Source: Octopus vulgaris
Lineage: Eukaryota
Assembly (NCBI GenBank): GCA_951406725.2
Contig: OX597816.1
Span: forward strand, 93,496,001 to 93,560,000
Direction: 5' to 3'
Length of the DNA stretch: 64,000 nucleotides
The position numbers were made by a program, and so were the translations under genes. Below, piece by piece: positions 1 through 13,783 of this stretch; within the stretch, counting starts at the first letter, position 1; each line of letters opens with the position of its first letter. The notes beneath the pieces are model-generated. The model saw only the letters and a list, made by a program, of their open reading frames with translations. It was not told the origin of the DNA and searched no databases.

Positions 1-290
1 TGTTTGTCTAGGAGAAACAGGAATCTTTTACCTATGTTAGTTTTTACATGAAAAGAAAAGGGAGGAGCAAACCTTATACTATGTGGTTTGTGCCTGATAA
101 CTATTGAGATGTTACACATGTTATAATTCATTATTTGGGATACTCTCAGCATAAGAAACAATTGGTAGCAAAAAAAAAAAAAATCATGTGTTGTGTCTAT
201 TAAATAATATTTATCTCTCACTTGATGGAGTACTATTTTTGCTGATCTTACCATCACAGAACACTACATTATATATATATATATATATAC

Positions 291-520
291 GTTTCTTTAC
301 TGCCCACAAGGGGCTAAACATAGAGGGGACAAACAAGGACAGACACACGGATTAAGTCGATTACATCAACCCCAGTGCGTAACTGGTACTTAATTTATCG
401 ACCCCAAAAGGATGAAAGGCAAAGTCGACCTCGGCGGAATTTGAACTCAGAACGTAGCGACAGGCGAAATACCGCTAAGCACTTTGCCCGGCGTGCTAAC
501 ATCTCTGCCAGCTCGCTGCC
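291..520 (-). mobile_element. SINE family A (tRNA-like head, Nin/Deu-like core), monomer with tail 1
   Basis: Minus strand reads GGCAGCGAGCTGGCAGA...GAGTTCAAATTCC (B-box-like)...GTCGACTTTGCCTTTCATCC...AAGTACCAG. Near-identical copies at 3400, 21453, 27246, 29766 and 38368. Confidence 0.85.
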
Positions 521-1057
521 TGTATTTTTAAAATTTTTTTATATATATATACACACATACACATACGTATGCATATGTGTATATATGTATGTATAGAGAA
601 AGACATATAAAGAAAGGAGTATTTTACATCTTTAATAAAAAATTTTCCAGTATATAAAACTCCAACACGTTTTACTGTCTTAGGCTCCTTGGATGTGATA
701 TTCAGTGCAACTAACAGATTCATATTAAATTAATTATAGTACACATTCTAGTCCAAAAACTCATCTTCTTTCGCAACTTTTTTCAAGATGTTCCCCCCTA
801 TAGGTTTATGAAGTGAACTGTAATTTGTAGTATCAAAGATAAATGCCTGAAACATCATATATGGTGAGAGAAAGGAAATAAAGCAGAAATTAAGAGAAGT
901 AGAGAAAGTATTGTGGATGTACTAATGAAATATGATATGCCCAGAGTTCCAGCTATATTTGAACACAAATTGACCCCAATGGATACTAACAAAGTAGATT
1001 AATATAATGTTATTCCTAGCAACTTATTTAGTTCAAAATGATTAAACTCATTGACCA

Positions 1058-1277
1058 TTAACCCTTAAAAATTTAAACCAGCCATATCTGGCCAAAATAT
1101 TCTACCTATTTTATCCTTGAACTGGTCATATTTGGTCATATCCTACAAAGTCATTTTAAAAATAAACCATCTCATAATCAAAATCTCAAAGCTATGAAAT
1201 AATGCATGATTAATTTTTAATAATGTTAATAGATAAGCATTATGTTTGAAATGGTAATCTGAATACTAAAGGTATAA
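1058..1277. mobile_element. piggyBac-like MITE, degenerate
   Basis: Begins TTAA|CCCTTAAAAATTTAAA and ends TCTGAATACTAAAGGTATAA, an imperfect inverted match with TTAA-like ends. No ORF. Confidence 0.45.
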
Positions 1278-2238
1278 TGTTAAAAACAGTATAAAGTAAA
1301 TGGGAAGAAATCAGACAAAAAATTTGGTATTGGAAAGATTTGAAAAATGAAGAAGAACAAAGAAAAAAGTAAAAGAAAAGCCAATATAGTTGCCATGGTG
1401 TAACAAGATATAGCCATAATAAAAAAAAAGTAATAATAATTGAATCAAATAAAACATTAGGAAAACCTAAGAGAATTAAGTGTTTTAGCAGAAAAGACTA
1501 TAATTAGAAGACCACCTAAGTTGCTGGAATGGAAAATTAGTACTACTTGGTTATAACCATATAGAATTATTTTGAGAATATTTAACCAGGGTTATTAAGC
1601 CTCCTTACTTAAGGGAATTAATGGTAAAACTTGCTATCAAGAAAGTATTTATAGGTTTTTCTATATATATGTAAAAATTTTATTTCTAATTTTTTTCCAC
1701 AGTTTAATAAATTATCTTCGGTATATTTCTTCAAGGCAGTAATCGCATTTAAGATTACCTGTGGTATAGGGTGGAGCACTACCTATAATTGACTATTTAG
1801 TGTCATATTTAGCAGTATATATATGTGTGGTTTAAAAGTATACACGCACACATACACACACACACATACATGCATATGTATGTATGTATGTTCATTATGC
1901 TTACTGATATAAACAAAGTATAATGACATGAACCGAGAATTGAACCAAATCACTAACTCAGTTTGTCTAAGTTTCTGTTATAGATAAAGTATATAAAGTT
2001 TGTTCATTCCTACTTGAACATTTATTGATGTCATACATTTGCATAAGGTACAGCTTTTTCAGATAATAAAGCATTGCACCAAAAGGAAAAATGCCAAGGA
2101 CTGATGACCTGAAGATATACTATGTATATATGTACATGTATGCACGTATGTATGTATGTATGCATGTATGTTTGTAAGTGTGTGTGTGTATGTATGTGTA
2201 ATTTCAGATTTATAAATTTTATTCACTCTCTTTTTTCT

Positions 2239-2654
2239 ATGTAGGAGTGACTGTGTGGTAAGTAGCTTGCTTACGAACCACATGGTTCTGGGTTCAGTCC
2301 CACTGTGTTGCACCTCGAGCAAGTGTCTTCTACTATAGCCTCGGGCTGACCAGAGCCTTGTGAGTGGATTTGGTAGATAGAAACTGAAAGAAGCCTGTCG
2401 TATATATGTATATACACACACATATATATATATGTGTGTATATGTTTATGTGTCTGTGTTTGCCCCCCCCCCCCCCCAACATCGCTTGACAACTGATGCT
2501 AATGTGTTTACATCTCCCATAACTTAGTGGTTCGGCAAAAGAGATCCAATAGAATAAGTATTAGGCTTACAAAGAATAACTCCTGGGGTTGATTTTCTCA
2601 ACTAAAGGTGGTGCTCCAGCATGGCCAGTCAAATGACTGAAACAAGTAAAAGAG
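2239..2654 (+). mobile_element. SINE family B (tRNA-like head, CORE-like segment, internal microsatellite)
   Basis: GTAGGAGTGACTGTGTGGTAAG...GGTTCAGTCCC...GCAAGTGTCTTCTACTATAG, then (TA)/(TG)n, then a conserved 3' half ending CAAATGACTGAAACAAGTAAAAGAG. Homologous to copies at 22455, 29196, 45298 and 55243. Confidence 0.85.
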
Positions 2655-2920
2655 TATGTATTGAAATTTTAGTCATCTTGGATGAATCATACACCAATAC
2701 TCACCATGTCACTATATCATATTGTGAACAAAACAATGGTCTCATACTACCACTAGGTACTCCCACTCTGTCTCCCTAAGACCCTTGTGCATACACATAT
2801 ATTTTGTTTTCACATATACAGTTGTAAATATCCAATCCTTTATGTAAATCAATAAATAATTACAAGTTTATAGATGTACTCCATTCATGGTTTTATGATA
2901 TAACCATTGTATTTTACAGT

Positions 2921-3250
2921 GAAGGCTTGTGGCTTCGTGGTTTGGGCATTCAGCTCACAATTGTAACATCATGAGTTCAGTTCCCAGCATCGTATTATGT
3001 CCTTGAGCAAGACACTTTATTTCACATTGCTCTAGTTCACTCAGCTGGCAAAAATGCATAGTACTTGTATCTCAAAGGGTCAGCCTTGTCATGCTGTTAG
3101 CTGTGTCATGCTGAATCTCCTGCGAACTATGTTAAGGGTACACGTGTCTGTGGGGTGCTCAGCCACTTGCATGTTAATTTCATGAGCAGGCTGTTTCATT
3201 AATTGAATCAAGTAGAAACCTCATCGTCATAATCAACCAAGTGCTGGCGC
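2921..3250 (+). mobile_element. SINE family C (tRNA-like head)
   Basis: GGCTTGTGGCTTCGTGGTT...GAGTTCAGTTCC...TGTCCTTGAGCAAGACACTTTATTTCAC. Shared with copies at 7414 and 61089. Confidence 0.7.
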
Positions 3251-3399
3251 CAGTTGTATTTCACTAACAAGTGTAGTATTACATATGCCCAAAAATATTG
3301 CTCTAAGATGTTGCCTATCCTTGAGCAATGTTCAAACTAGCTGCTGCACTAAATAATCCATAGCCATGTACCATGTTGTTTATCATCCTGTGGTACCAA

Positions 3400-3632
3400 G
3401 GCAGTGAGCTGGCAGAAACGTTACCACACCGGGCGAAATGCTAAGCGGTATTTCGTCTACCGCTACGTTCTGAGTTCAAATTCCTCCGAGATCGACTTTG
3501 CCTTTCATCCTTTCGGGGTCGATTAAATAAGTACCAGTTACACACTGGGGTCGATATAATCGACTTAATCCGTTTGTCTGTCCTTGTTTGTCCTCTCTGT
3601 GTTTAGCCCCTTGTGGGTAGTAAAGAAATAGG
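3400..3632 (+). mobile_element. SINE family A, monomer with tail 1
   Basis: Full-length match to the reverse complement of 291-520, ending GTGGGTAGTAAAGAAATAGG. Confidence 0.85.
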
Positions 3633-4199
3633 TATCATCTTGTATTCCACAAAAAGTTGATATAAGCAAAGCTGGAGTATATACATAAGCTGATGGGATG
3701 AGGAAGTTGTTGATACAGAGGTGTAGATACAAGCATGTTCATGCATAGGGTGTCACTGAATAATACTAATTGTAATAATCCATTCTGCTATAAGCACAAG
3801 GCCTAAAATTTGGCAGGAGGGAGCCCACCAATGCTCAGCTGGTATTTATTTCATCGACCCTGAAAGGACAAAAGACAAAGTCAACCTCAGTAGAATCTGA
3901 ACACAGTGCATAAAGACAGATGAAATTCCACTAAGTATTCTATCTGGTGTACAAATGATGAAAATGTTGGTGGGAGCAGGTTGTGACCACCATGTCAATC
4001 TGAATGACAACAGTGGACTAATGTATCTCATCATAGTTAAATTGGGTTCTAGTCCTGTAGTTTTGGAATGTTCAACTTTTACAGTGCTTGCACAAATCCC
4101 TATCTCATTACATTTCCTGAGAAGGTGGTTATTATTGGCTAATATAATCTCCAAACCCTCTTTATTACATAGTTAACAGGGATGTCTGCCACATCAATG

Positions 4200-5350
4200 T
4201 GGCATAATGCATCTCACCACTGATCATTTCAAATTATAGTTACTCTTACTATCAGCTAAATTTTCGATATATATTCTGCAAGTGAGGTTGAGAACCTCAG
4301 TCTGGGGTTGGATAAGCAGTGCCTTGTGCATAGACATGCATTGTTTCACAAGATTTATCATAGTATTTATGTAATATTTACTATCATTGTATGTTATGAC
4401 CTCACTCATAGTTAATGTTTGGGATGTATGCAATGTCCTCCCTGGTTGTGATCCACAGAATTTTTGAGATTACATCTTGGGGGTGCAGTCCTACAGTCCA
4501 CAGATCCATTAGTCACACTATGAGTTGTACAGTTTAGTAGGATGCTGGTTCAGTTATTGTAATTTATGGTACTGAGACCAAAATTTAGCTGATAGTAAGA
4601 GTAACCAGTGCAGTGGAGTTCCTGATGTTCTTATACATGTGGCTGATCATGTTGTCATTTGTCCCATAGGAACAAGCCCTCAGGGGTGGGAGGTGTAATT
4701 GTAATTTGGCTGTACCTTCAGAGCTACTCATTTTACCATAGTAAGTGCCATAATATTCAGCAAGTACATGTCTACAGTGCACACATCTATGGAGAGTATT
4801 AGAGCAAATGCTATAAAAAAATATAACAGGAACTCCCTAGGCACATGCATTTCCAGTGCCAGCATTATACCACACCCAGCAAGACTGTTACACCAGCTTT
4901 TTTCACTGTGGAAGAGTATGATTGTTTGATCCTACAATTTCTGCTGAAAATACTTTGGTTCCTATATTGCAAGGAAAAGGCCTTCTCCAAGATCTGAGAA
5001 GTTGATTTGCACACTACATAAGAAGGTTGGGCTGAAGCATACCACTTGTCTCCTTCTTTGCTCTGTTTAGTCTCTGGGGTAGGTGTTCTGCACTGGTGGA
5101 TGAGGAGGCTTCTCCAGTTTCATTCTGGTGTGCTGTGGTGTGGGTTGAACTTCCAGGCTTGTCCCATTTAATCCTGAAGTTGCACTTGTTCCTCCTAGAT
5201 ATCCTTTCATTCTTACATTCATAGTAACTGAGGGACCCAAGGGTTGTATATTCCCCCTTGCAGTGCTTAGGTTCTCACCAGAGTGAGATGATGTTCCCAG
5301 TTGGCTCAACAGGGTCCGCCAAGGGTCTTAGAATTACAGCATTGAAACTA
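4200..5350 (-). mobile_element. possible highly degraded LTR-retrotransposon (Gypsy-like) remnant
   Basis: Only faint, frameshifted resemblance of minus-strand translations to pol segments. No intact motif. Confidence 0.25.
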
Positions 5351-6039
5351 GATAAGCATGTGCCTTGGGAATTCCTGCTATATTTTCTGGTAGTATCATT
5401 CTTTATCTTTTAAAGGTCAGCTTAAGTTAAGTGTCTGTGACAAAATTAACTGTGTCAGTATAGCCAGCTCTACTGAAAGCCTTTTAGCATTTTGCATTAC
5501 TATTAAAGATACTCTCATTTGTGGAAAGTTTATATGCCAAAATTAAAATATTCCTAACTAGACCATCAGTAACGTATACAGGATGCTTAGGCAATCTGTG
5601 GACGTAGAAGAACATCTTGCTAGGTGTATGTTATGGATAGTATGACTTCAGCTCTAAATGTAACATAACATGGAAAAAGTCAGCCCTTTTCCCACAGGTT
5701 TCGAGAGAGATACAGAGATTGAAGCTCCTGAAGAAAATGTGAAGATATTTTCTCAGCCTTTCTGATTCAAACTGGCAACACTTGGAAATGGTTAGAAGAG
5801 TGACATTCCTATAAAGTTCACTGCCCGGTTTGAAAAGCTCTCCTTCAATTTGTAGGTATATCCAAACCCACAAAGTCCATAACCTGGTCGGAATCTGAAG
5901 ACACATTTTATTTTTTGTTTACATACCTGAAACAAGACTGGTGATTAGCGTATCTCTTTTTGAAGTCACTTCAGTACAGTCCAATATATTTTTTGTTTCA
6001 GTTACCTTCTTTGATGGAACATAAAAAGCACTTTTCAAG

Positions 6040-6280
6040 CGTTGGCCCTGACGGAGGTCATGACAGATGACCGAAACCTTTGACAATATGCTGTGCGTGC
6101 TTGAGTGAAATCATAATCGTGGCAGATACTGGTGTCACGCAACTGGCACGTAAAAGCCGCCATTACTCCCTCAGAGTGGTTGGCGTTAGGAAGGGCATCC
6201 AGCTGTAGACACCTGGCCAACTCAGACCGGAGTCTAGTGCAAACCGTCCAACCCATGCTAGCATGGACAAATGATAATGA
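6040..6280 (+). mobile_element. RTE-associated retroposon 3' end
   Basis: GGTTGGCGTTAGGAAGGGCATCCAGCTGTAG...AAACCGTCCAACCCATGCTAGCATGG followed by an ATG/ATA-type short tail, resembling RTE-type 3' ends as I recall them. Confidence 0.5.
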
Positions 6281-7413
6281 ATCGACAGGCTTCTTTCCGT
6301 TTCCGTCTTCCAAATCCACTCACAAGGCTTAATTCAGCTTGTACATATGACAACAGTAGTCCCTGGGTTGTTGCTAAGGAGAGTGAGCGGCAGGGAAACC
6401 CATGGAAAATGTTACTTATTCACCATTATGAAAGATCATTTCAAATTGGACACGACCCTTGCTATTTGACTTCACTTGTCTGGAACTTAGAACTTCGATA
6501 TTAAAAGACTTTCATATATATATAAGTTAGAGACCTACACACACACAAACACAAACACACACGCGCACACATACATACGCACTCGCGCGCTTGCACACAC
6601 ACACACACCTTGTCGATTCAGATAATTTTGGAATATTCAAATACTTCTAAGGAAACTAACGACGGTTTTGTATTATATGAGTTATCTCCCTTCTTTAAAT
6701 GTCAGTTACGTTTTCTTCTTTTTTCTGCGCATATATATATATATATATATAAATCCTTAAAAATGTTTTAGCCCGAGTCTTTCCTGAGTTAGTAATTCAT
6801 AAACAGAGCGACACTTTGATGCACTCGTTAGAACGTCGAATATAATGCCCTCGCGGATTCGTTTCGGTTTTCTGTGTTCTGAGTTCAAATTGTGCAATGT
6901 TGTCTTTGTCATTCATTCTTGCACTTTCTTCGAAAACAGAGGTCTCTATTTTGTAAAAAATTACAGTATTCCGGCAGCTTAAGTTCATTTACTCATACAC
7001 ACATTGTCAGTAAAATAATCCCTAAATACGTTTATGCTATCATCGAATAACACCACTTTAATTATGTGCCTTCTGTTAGAGCCTTCGAATTCGTTCTAAA
7101 TGTTGGATTTCACTATTACCGAGAAACAATCTTGGCAAAAACACATCCTTGACAAGGAACGCATTTCAACGACTAGCTCTTCTTTTCAGAACCAGAAGAT
7201 ATTGTATATATTACGACGCTCTGGCGAGTCACACAATCTGATATTGTTCCCACCTTTGGCACAGTTCTGCCGCCGCATAAACAGATGTTTGCCACCCGAC
7301 TTATTAATGTAATGTCACTCACTGACATGCTTCAGACTTTGACTTACATGCATGTTGTCCCTTCCTTCTGCTTTTAATTTCTTCTTTTTTTACCGCCATT
7401 ATAATGGCCTTTG

Positions 7414-7660
7414 TGGAGGTGCGTGGCTTAGTGGTTAGGGTGTCGCACTTCTGATAGTATGATTGTGGTTTCGACTCCTGGACTGGATGAATTGTGTTCT
7501 TGAACAAAACACTTAATTTCATGTTTTCAGTTCACTCAGCTATGGAAAATGAGTATTCCTGTGATGGACCGCAGTCTTGTTCAAAGGGGAACACATATAT
7601 CACGGAATTCGAGAAACCGGCCTCATGAACCAATCGATCAAGAAAGACCTTTGATCCTTT
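7414..7660 (+). mobile_element. SINE family C
   Basis: GGAGGTGCGTGGCTTAGTGGTTAGGG (A-box-like)...GGTTTCGACTCC (B-box-like)...GTTCTTGAACAAAACACT. Confidence 0.75.
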
Positions 7661-8179
7661 TCGATTAAGGCCTTTGCCTCTCAAATCTGGATTAACTTAC
7701 TCTTGCTACCTCCACCCAGGCATTTTTGTCCCATTCGTCTCTTCTTCTCTCCTCATCCAGGTTATGCCCAATGCCCCAGATCTCGCACTAATCCGAACGA
7801 CGGCCCTCTCAAATTCCCTCACGGCTCATATCCTACCGGCAGAAACATTAATGGTATGAATCATACCGGTCTAAGAAGGCCTACAACGACCATGAGCAGT
7901 TGTTTTTCACTAGATCCAGAAAGTGAAAATAAAATAAATTTGATTAAAATGTTATGACAATATGAAATGAATTCATAAAATCAGATATTTTGATATGGAT
8001 GATGGATTTGTTAAATGATAAGGTGTTCAGGTCAAATTTGACTAATTTTTATGTCCCTTCCTTTGAGGAACACCTTGATGAATTGGTGAACAGTCAATGG
8101 CGTTGGTGAGCATAAAGATTAGAATTGTAATTGAGAGACAGTTAGTTGACATGGAGGACTGGAAGCCACCTGAAGATGG

Positions 8180-8470
8180 GAAAAGAGTTACCTGTATCAT
8201 GATGATTCGCGCCAGATATCAAAATGGCGACATCGGGACTGCAGCTCAATGGTCTGTGAACACTGTAAAGGCTTTCACTACAATCCATGTAATGTCCCAA
8301 ATATCAGGAAAACCAAGTTCCCCCAAACTGTGAAGGTCTTTAGGTGTGCCTCCAATGAAGGTGATGTCATACCACCCTACATCTTTGAACAGGGACTTAG
8401 GCTCAATTCAAACGGCTAAGTGAAGCTGCTGGAGAATATAGTGAAGTTCTGGCTGAAAAGGACTGCTGAT
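8180..8470 (+). pseudogene. Tc1/mariner (maT-like) transposase fragment
   Basis: Translates to ...CASNEGDVIPPYIFEQGLRLNSNG*VKLLENIVKFWL, resembling the catalytic-domain segment of maT/Tc1-like transposases. Contains stops. Confidence 0.5.
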
Positions 8471-9311
8471 AGAGTGTTTCTTTATAGCCAGATTGTTTCC
8501 TTGTAGTAATATAGATTTGCCGTTTGCTGAATTGATTAACCCCCTATATCAGTATATAGGAATATTATTTTTAAATAGAAAAATTGTTCATGGTAGATAA
8601 CTTTTAAGAAGAGTTGTCTCCCTTAACATTACAAACTCGTTTCCATAAATCACAGACGTTAAATGTATAAATATATTTTGTCACAAACTACTTTTATTGA
8701 CAAAATTCAAATACATTGAATTTTTATTCTGACAAGGCTAGATTCTTTGGAGTGGATAACTAAGTCAGCTTCCTGACAGTATAAGTAAAAGTATTATACA
8801 AATTTTACGTAATGCAGAAGGCTGTTTTTGCTTGGTGTGTATATTAGAAATTTCCCAGTCACTGACACAACTATATCATTTATATACAACTGCTTTTTGT
8901 TTGTTTTTTTTCTTTTCCGTTATTTGCTATTTTTAATAGTGATGAGATTCTGGTTAATACTTCTATCAACACCTATCAGCGTTAGGTTATAGCTGGATCG
9001 GGTTCAGGATTAAGGATATTAGTTACATCAATGAATTCGAATTTCCGATTTATTGGTGTCAATTGGGAGAACATTCTCCTTCGTGATCGTTTTATTAACA
9101 GAAACTTAACAAAAGAATTCGAAGAATACTATTTGAAAAATAGTAAGGTTCAAGACTTTTAGAATAGTTGTTGGTCAACGTCTAACCTAGGAAAATGGCG
9201 AATGAATGAGGCAAGAGATGAAGAAATCGTAAGATTTCTTATTCTGAAATAAACTGAAACCTTCAACACAATTCAATTATAAATAACACCTGTTTCAAAA
9301 TAGCACTGCTT

Positions 9312-9369
<58 letters not shown>

Positions 9370-10279
9370 CTAAGAAGCTGGGTATGGGTTAATCTAGTAT
9401 GGATTAGACTGTGAAAGTGTAATAGCCATGCGTATCCAAACAAACTATTAATATTGCAGCTATTTTGTGTCTGTTCCGTATGCTTATCCAGTCTGTGTGG
9501 GAGAAATAGCATTCTTAATTTCTTAGGATTTTCTTGGTGTTTTAAGGAGCCACTGAATGTTGTGCGCGTAAATTGATAGAGAGGAATATAGTTGAAAGTT
9601 TTGTTGATGTCGATGGTAGAATAAAATGGTGTCTGTAATTTTATTGTTGTGTCTGTCTGCATAAGAAATGTATGTTTTGATTTGGAGTTAAAATGTCTGA
9701 TGGTATGCATAGCTAGTTGATAGGTTTGTATGATGTGACTTGACTTGGGTTGTGGTTGTACTTGAGAATTATTACAACTTTGCACAACTTTCAGGTTTTG
9801 GGTCATATTGACCATATTGGTATGTGTAGTTGTTGCTGTGTGGCCCAAGGTCAGCTCTGATTGAACAGTCCAATTATGCCATGTCTACGCTAAGCTGAGA
9901 ATCACACTGCACAATACGGCATACAATGATAAATAAAACGGAAAGCGGTGTGACAGTCTGAAATTGTATTTGCTTCAACATCCAGTATATTAGTGTGCAC
10001 CTGAAAGTTGTGTTCACAGCGGAAATGGGAAGATGGATTCGGTCAGAACGTTTCTATTGCTGTCCATCTACAACATTACTAGTAGTGTAATCCTAGTTAC
10101 TGTATGTAGGGCCAATGAGATTCCAAATTCTATAACTAGTATGTATACCACCAACAATATTGTAAATGGACACTGTAACTTGGATGCACACAACCAGTTG
10201 TTGCAATTATTTCTATGTATTTGCGTTTTTTATTATTGTGAAAGCTGACCGAGAAAGTCGATTTTTTTAGAATGCTGCA

Positions 10280-10760
10280 GTAATGTTTATGCCAAAGTGT
10301 TTGGTGGCGGTTTTTCCTGTAACGGGGCACCACAAAGATTGAAGCTTGCAATGACAACAAGCTGTGTACACTGAATATCCAGGTGATCTTTCATTGCTGG
10401 TATTTTTGTTTCGTTAAGTAGGTGGTCTTGTTATGTAACATAATGTGACCGTTATCTCTGCTATGATGCATGGTTTGCTGTTTTGTGGTATTTGTAATTT
10501 ATAGCGGAGAGTTTAGGGTTTGGATAGGACTCACATAGTTCACGTTAGATCTATATTTGTACACTAATGATGCTCTTTCTCTCTGTTGGCCAATTGTGGT
10601 GCACGTGGTTACCCCAAGTAGGGCTGTGCGTTGTTTTACTTTCACCCCTTTTCTGTGTTGTAACTGTTGAGTTGTATGTAGTTCTTGGAATTTATGTCTT
10701 TCGTGGTGTGCGCGCGTGGTTGTACATCTATGCTGTTGGATGTGAGGCTTAGTTATCCTC
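10280..10760 (-). pseudogene. degenerate LINE (I/Jockey-like) RT C-terminal fragment
   Basis: Minus-strand pieces LLGVT, LVYKYRSNVNYVSPI and DHLLNETKIPAMKDHLDI resemble the post-RT thumb region of APE-type LINEs. Confidence 0.45.
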
Positions 10761-10989
10761 AAACGTTGGGAAAACAGTGAATTTACAGATGCTACTTTAA
10801 ATATGTTGTGAAGCGTTGTTTCTTCGTGATTCAGTTAGGGGTCAGGCCTGGAAGCCAGACAAGTAGTTTTCTATCAGCGTATTCTATTGTTTCTTAAGCT
10901 AATGCGGAATACTTTTTGTATACGTAGTTAAGAACATCCCAGTTTCCAACTTAACTGGTTTTTGAGTTCTGATCCTGTTTCATGAGAAA

Positions 10990-11560
10990 TCACTTTGAAG
11001 GCAATCTTTGATTGGAATTATGGTGGTCCGTACTGCAGTTTTCCCCCTCTCATCTCTCATGTAATATCTACATCACCTCTGAACGCTGACTGATCATTAT
11101 GTAGTCTAGGAGATGCCAGTATTTTCAGCAAAGATACAGCAAATCCAAGTTACTTTATATTTTTATTCTACTTAAAGTCGGTGCGGATGACGATGAAGCA
11201 ATGCTCAAAATACAAAGTGAGATCTTTCCCATTTGTGACTCTTCTTCCAACGGTATCAGGCTGCTTTTCGGTGTCTTGCTATACGCAGACATTGAAATCG
11301 CCCAGTATTAGCCTGTATTTCTGGGGTACACTGCATATGATCGTTTACTGTGAATCTTTTGCATCTGTAGGTGCGTAAATATTGATCAGGATAGCATAGT
11401 AATCTTTGCGACGAGATTTTTCAAACACATGGTCTGTTTACTAACAGCAGTTGGTTCCTGATCTAATTTAGCCGCAATGCTGCTCATTATGGTAAAGCCT
11501 TTATCGGACATCTGTCTCTGCTCTACTTGTTTCCCAGTCGAAAAGAATGTATACTCCATA
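10990..11560 (-). pseudogene. RTE (BovB-like) LINE AP-endonuclease fragment
   Basis: Minus-strand pieces TFFSTG, INIYAPT, LILGDFN, WHLLDY and MRGENCSTDH follow the order of RTE APE motifs. Frameshifted. Confidence 0.75.
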
Positions 11561-11602
11561 TCCTTGATATTATCATGTTATAACAATCTTATCTCACAAA
11601 GG

Positions 11603-11687
<85 letters not shown>

Positions 11688-12950
11688 CAGCGTAATCTTT
11701 GACATACCAGTCGACGATCGATGTAGTAGTTGACATTATTTCAGAGAGCTCCTTGCAAAAGATTTAAGTGTTAAAAGCTGCATTTGCATTGAAAAAAAAG
11801 AAAAAAAAACACAGCCTAAAATTATTGACAGTTCATTGTTTTAATAATGAGAAGACTTCGGCTGGCAGTTCTTTATTAACCAGCTGTCACAGCATTATTG
11901 TTCTTGCTGTTGCTTTTGTCTTTTGTTTGAGAATTGAAATCTTAACTATTCTATCGATTTGGTGTTCTTTTGAGTGAAGAAAAATCCCCAAAAGGGTATT
12001 AACTGATTTCTTGTTGTATACAGTAGAAATAGAGATAGACCTGGGCTCCGTATGAAAAATATGGAAAATGTACAATGCACTCTCATTCATATTCACCCTA
12101 TCATAACGCGATTTTTAAGTAAAGCGACTAAACTAAGACTGTGGACTTAGCGCACCACTGAGAAGTAAACAAAACCTGCTGATAACTTAACCGAATGTCC
12201 GACACCTTGCCCTCATAGCCTGCTATAAGCTTCAATTCATGAATATTATGTGAAGTATTTCAATAAGACTAAGGACAAGAGATAAATTCTTTGAAAGTTG
12301 CAGATATAGAAATTTGAACCAAGTGTTTTAGATATTGAGGTTTTACTGTCGCGACTTTTGTTAGTTTGCAAACGGTGTCATATGTTTGTTTGATGAAATA
12401 TGGTAATAATGAATAACATAGAACAAGGTTTGTGGTTTTGTTCTAGTTATTTCTAACAAGTCATATCCAAACTCTCAAAATTTCAAAATAGATATTAATA
12501 ACTGCACTTGAGATACTTTAGAGAATACTGACGACTGATAATACCCAAACACAAGAACGTGAATAAATATAACCAAAATCGTAGACATTAAGAGTGGGGG
12601 AACAAATAAAGAGCAGACAAGAAATACACTAAAATAATTATATGAATCCGATATTTATTATATTTTGTTCGTTACTGTTTATCTTTTCATTGAAGCAATG
12701 AGAGAAGAGCATATGTAATTGTTGTTTATGTACATACACAAGAAAATGTCGAAACAGCAACCAGCCATTGAGACTCTATACAGAACAAAGAACCTTTTCG
12801 TTCAAATCAACAAGTGCTGAATTTGAACAGTTCGCATCACTCTGCATAACCTTAACGCCCTCCGTAAACTTCATAAAGCCCTTCAATTACCTAGTTCTGG
12901 ACAATTGACAAAGCCATTATCACAATTCAGTTTCTAATGTAATCAAACAG

Positions 12951-13064
<114 letters not shown>

Positions 13065-13783
13065 CCCGTCTTTTTGCTTCTCCGAATCGGCGCAGCACAA
13101 GTCAATGAATATATCCAGATTTATAAAGTTCCATCCCTCTCTGAATGGCGCCAATCTGTTCTTTGAAAGTCTTCTATCAATCGTTTCGCTACTAAGGTCA
13201 TTACGTGTATCACACTCACGTTAATTGCTGGCTTTGTAGGAATTTCTCTACCAGAATTAAGTGCGCTGACATTCCTCCTACCCTGAATTTTAAAATTTCA
13301 ACGTCTCTTTGTTTGCTTCTTTCTTTCTTTCTTTCTTTTTCTTTCTTTTTTTCTTTCAATTCATTTCATTGATAAAGATTTTTTCTACTTATCTCAATAT
13401 TTCGCACGATTTGTGCCTTTTTACGCAGGCATTCCTTTACTCACAGTCCGTGTGTGTGTGTGTGTGTGTGTGTACGTTAACTTCTTTAATGGTAAGTTAA
13501 CACTGGGAAGTAAAGTTAGTTTTAGAAAGTATACCGCTCTCCAAACATCTAATATTTCAAAGATCAAACAAACCGGAAGAGAAAAATTATTTGTGCTGCT
13601 CTTAGGCTATTTTTCTACTGCCACTAGTGTTCCAAGTAATCCAAATGGATGAAGCCGGAATCTGGTACCAAGTGGCTGAGTCAAAAGATTACTTGATCTT
13701 TGTAGGCCTTCCCAAACTGATAAAATCGTTTCAGACGATATCTGTTTTGAATATCTACACAGACGAGAAGAGAAGTGATTTAT

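Noticed and set aside
7414-7485. tRNA-like sequence with A and B boxes (also at 15279, 41964, 61089)
   Set aside because: No complete cloverleaf; each continues into a shared repeat body, so these are SINE heads rather than tRNA genes.
9190-9235. AAAATGGCG followed by a GTAAG donor-like site (possible first exon)
   Set aside because: The first ATG frame stops after 4 codons and there is no supporting downstream exon; it cannot be supported without transcripts.
9273-9848. 191-aa minus-strand ORF
   Set aside because: No recognisable domain, includes a (CT)n translation, and is likely a chance frame in decayed repeat DNA.
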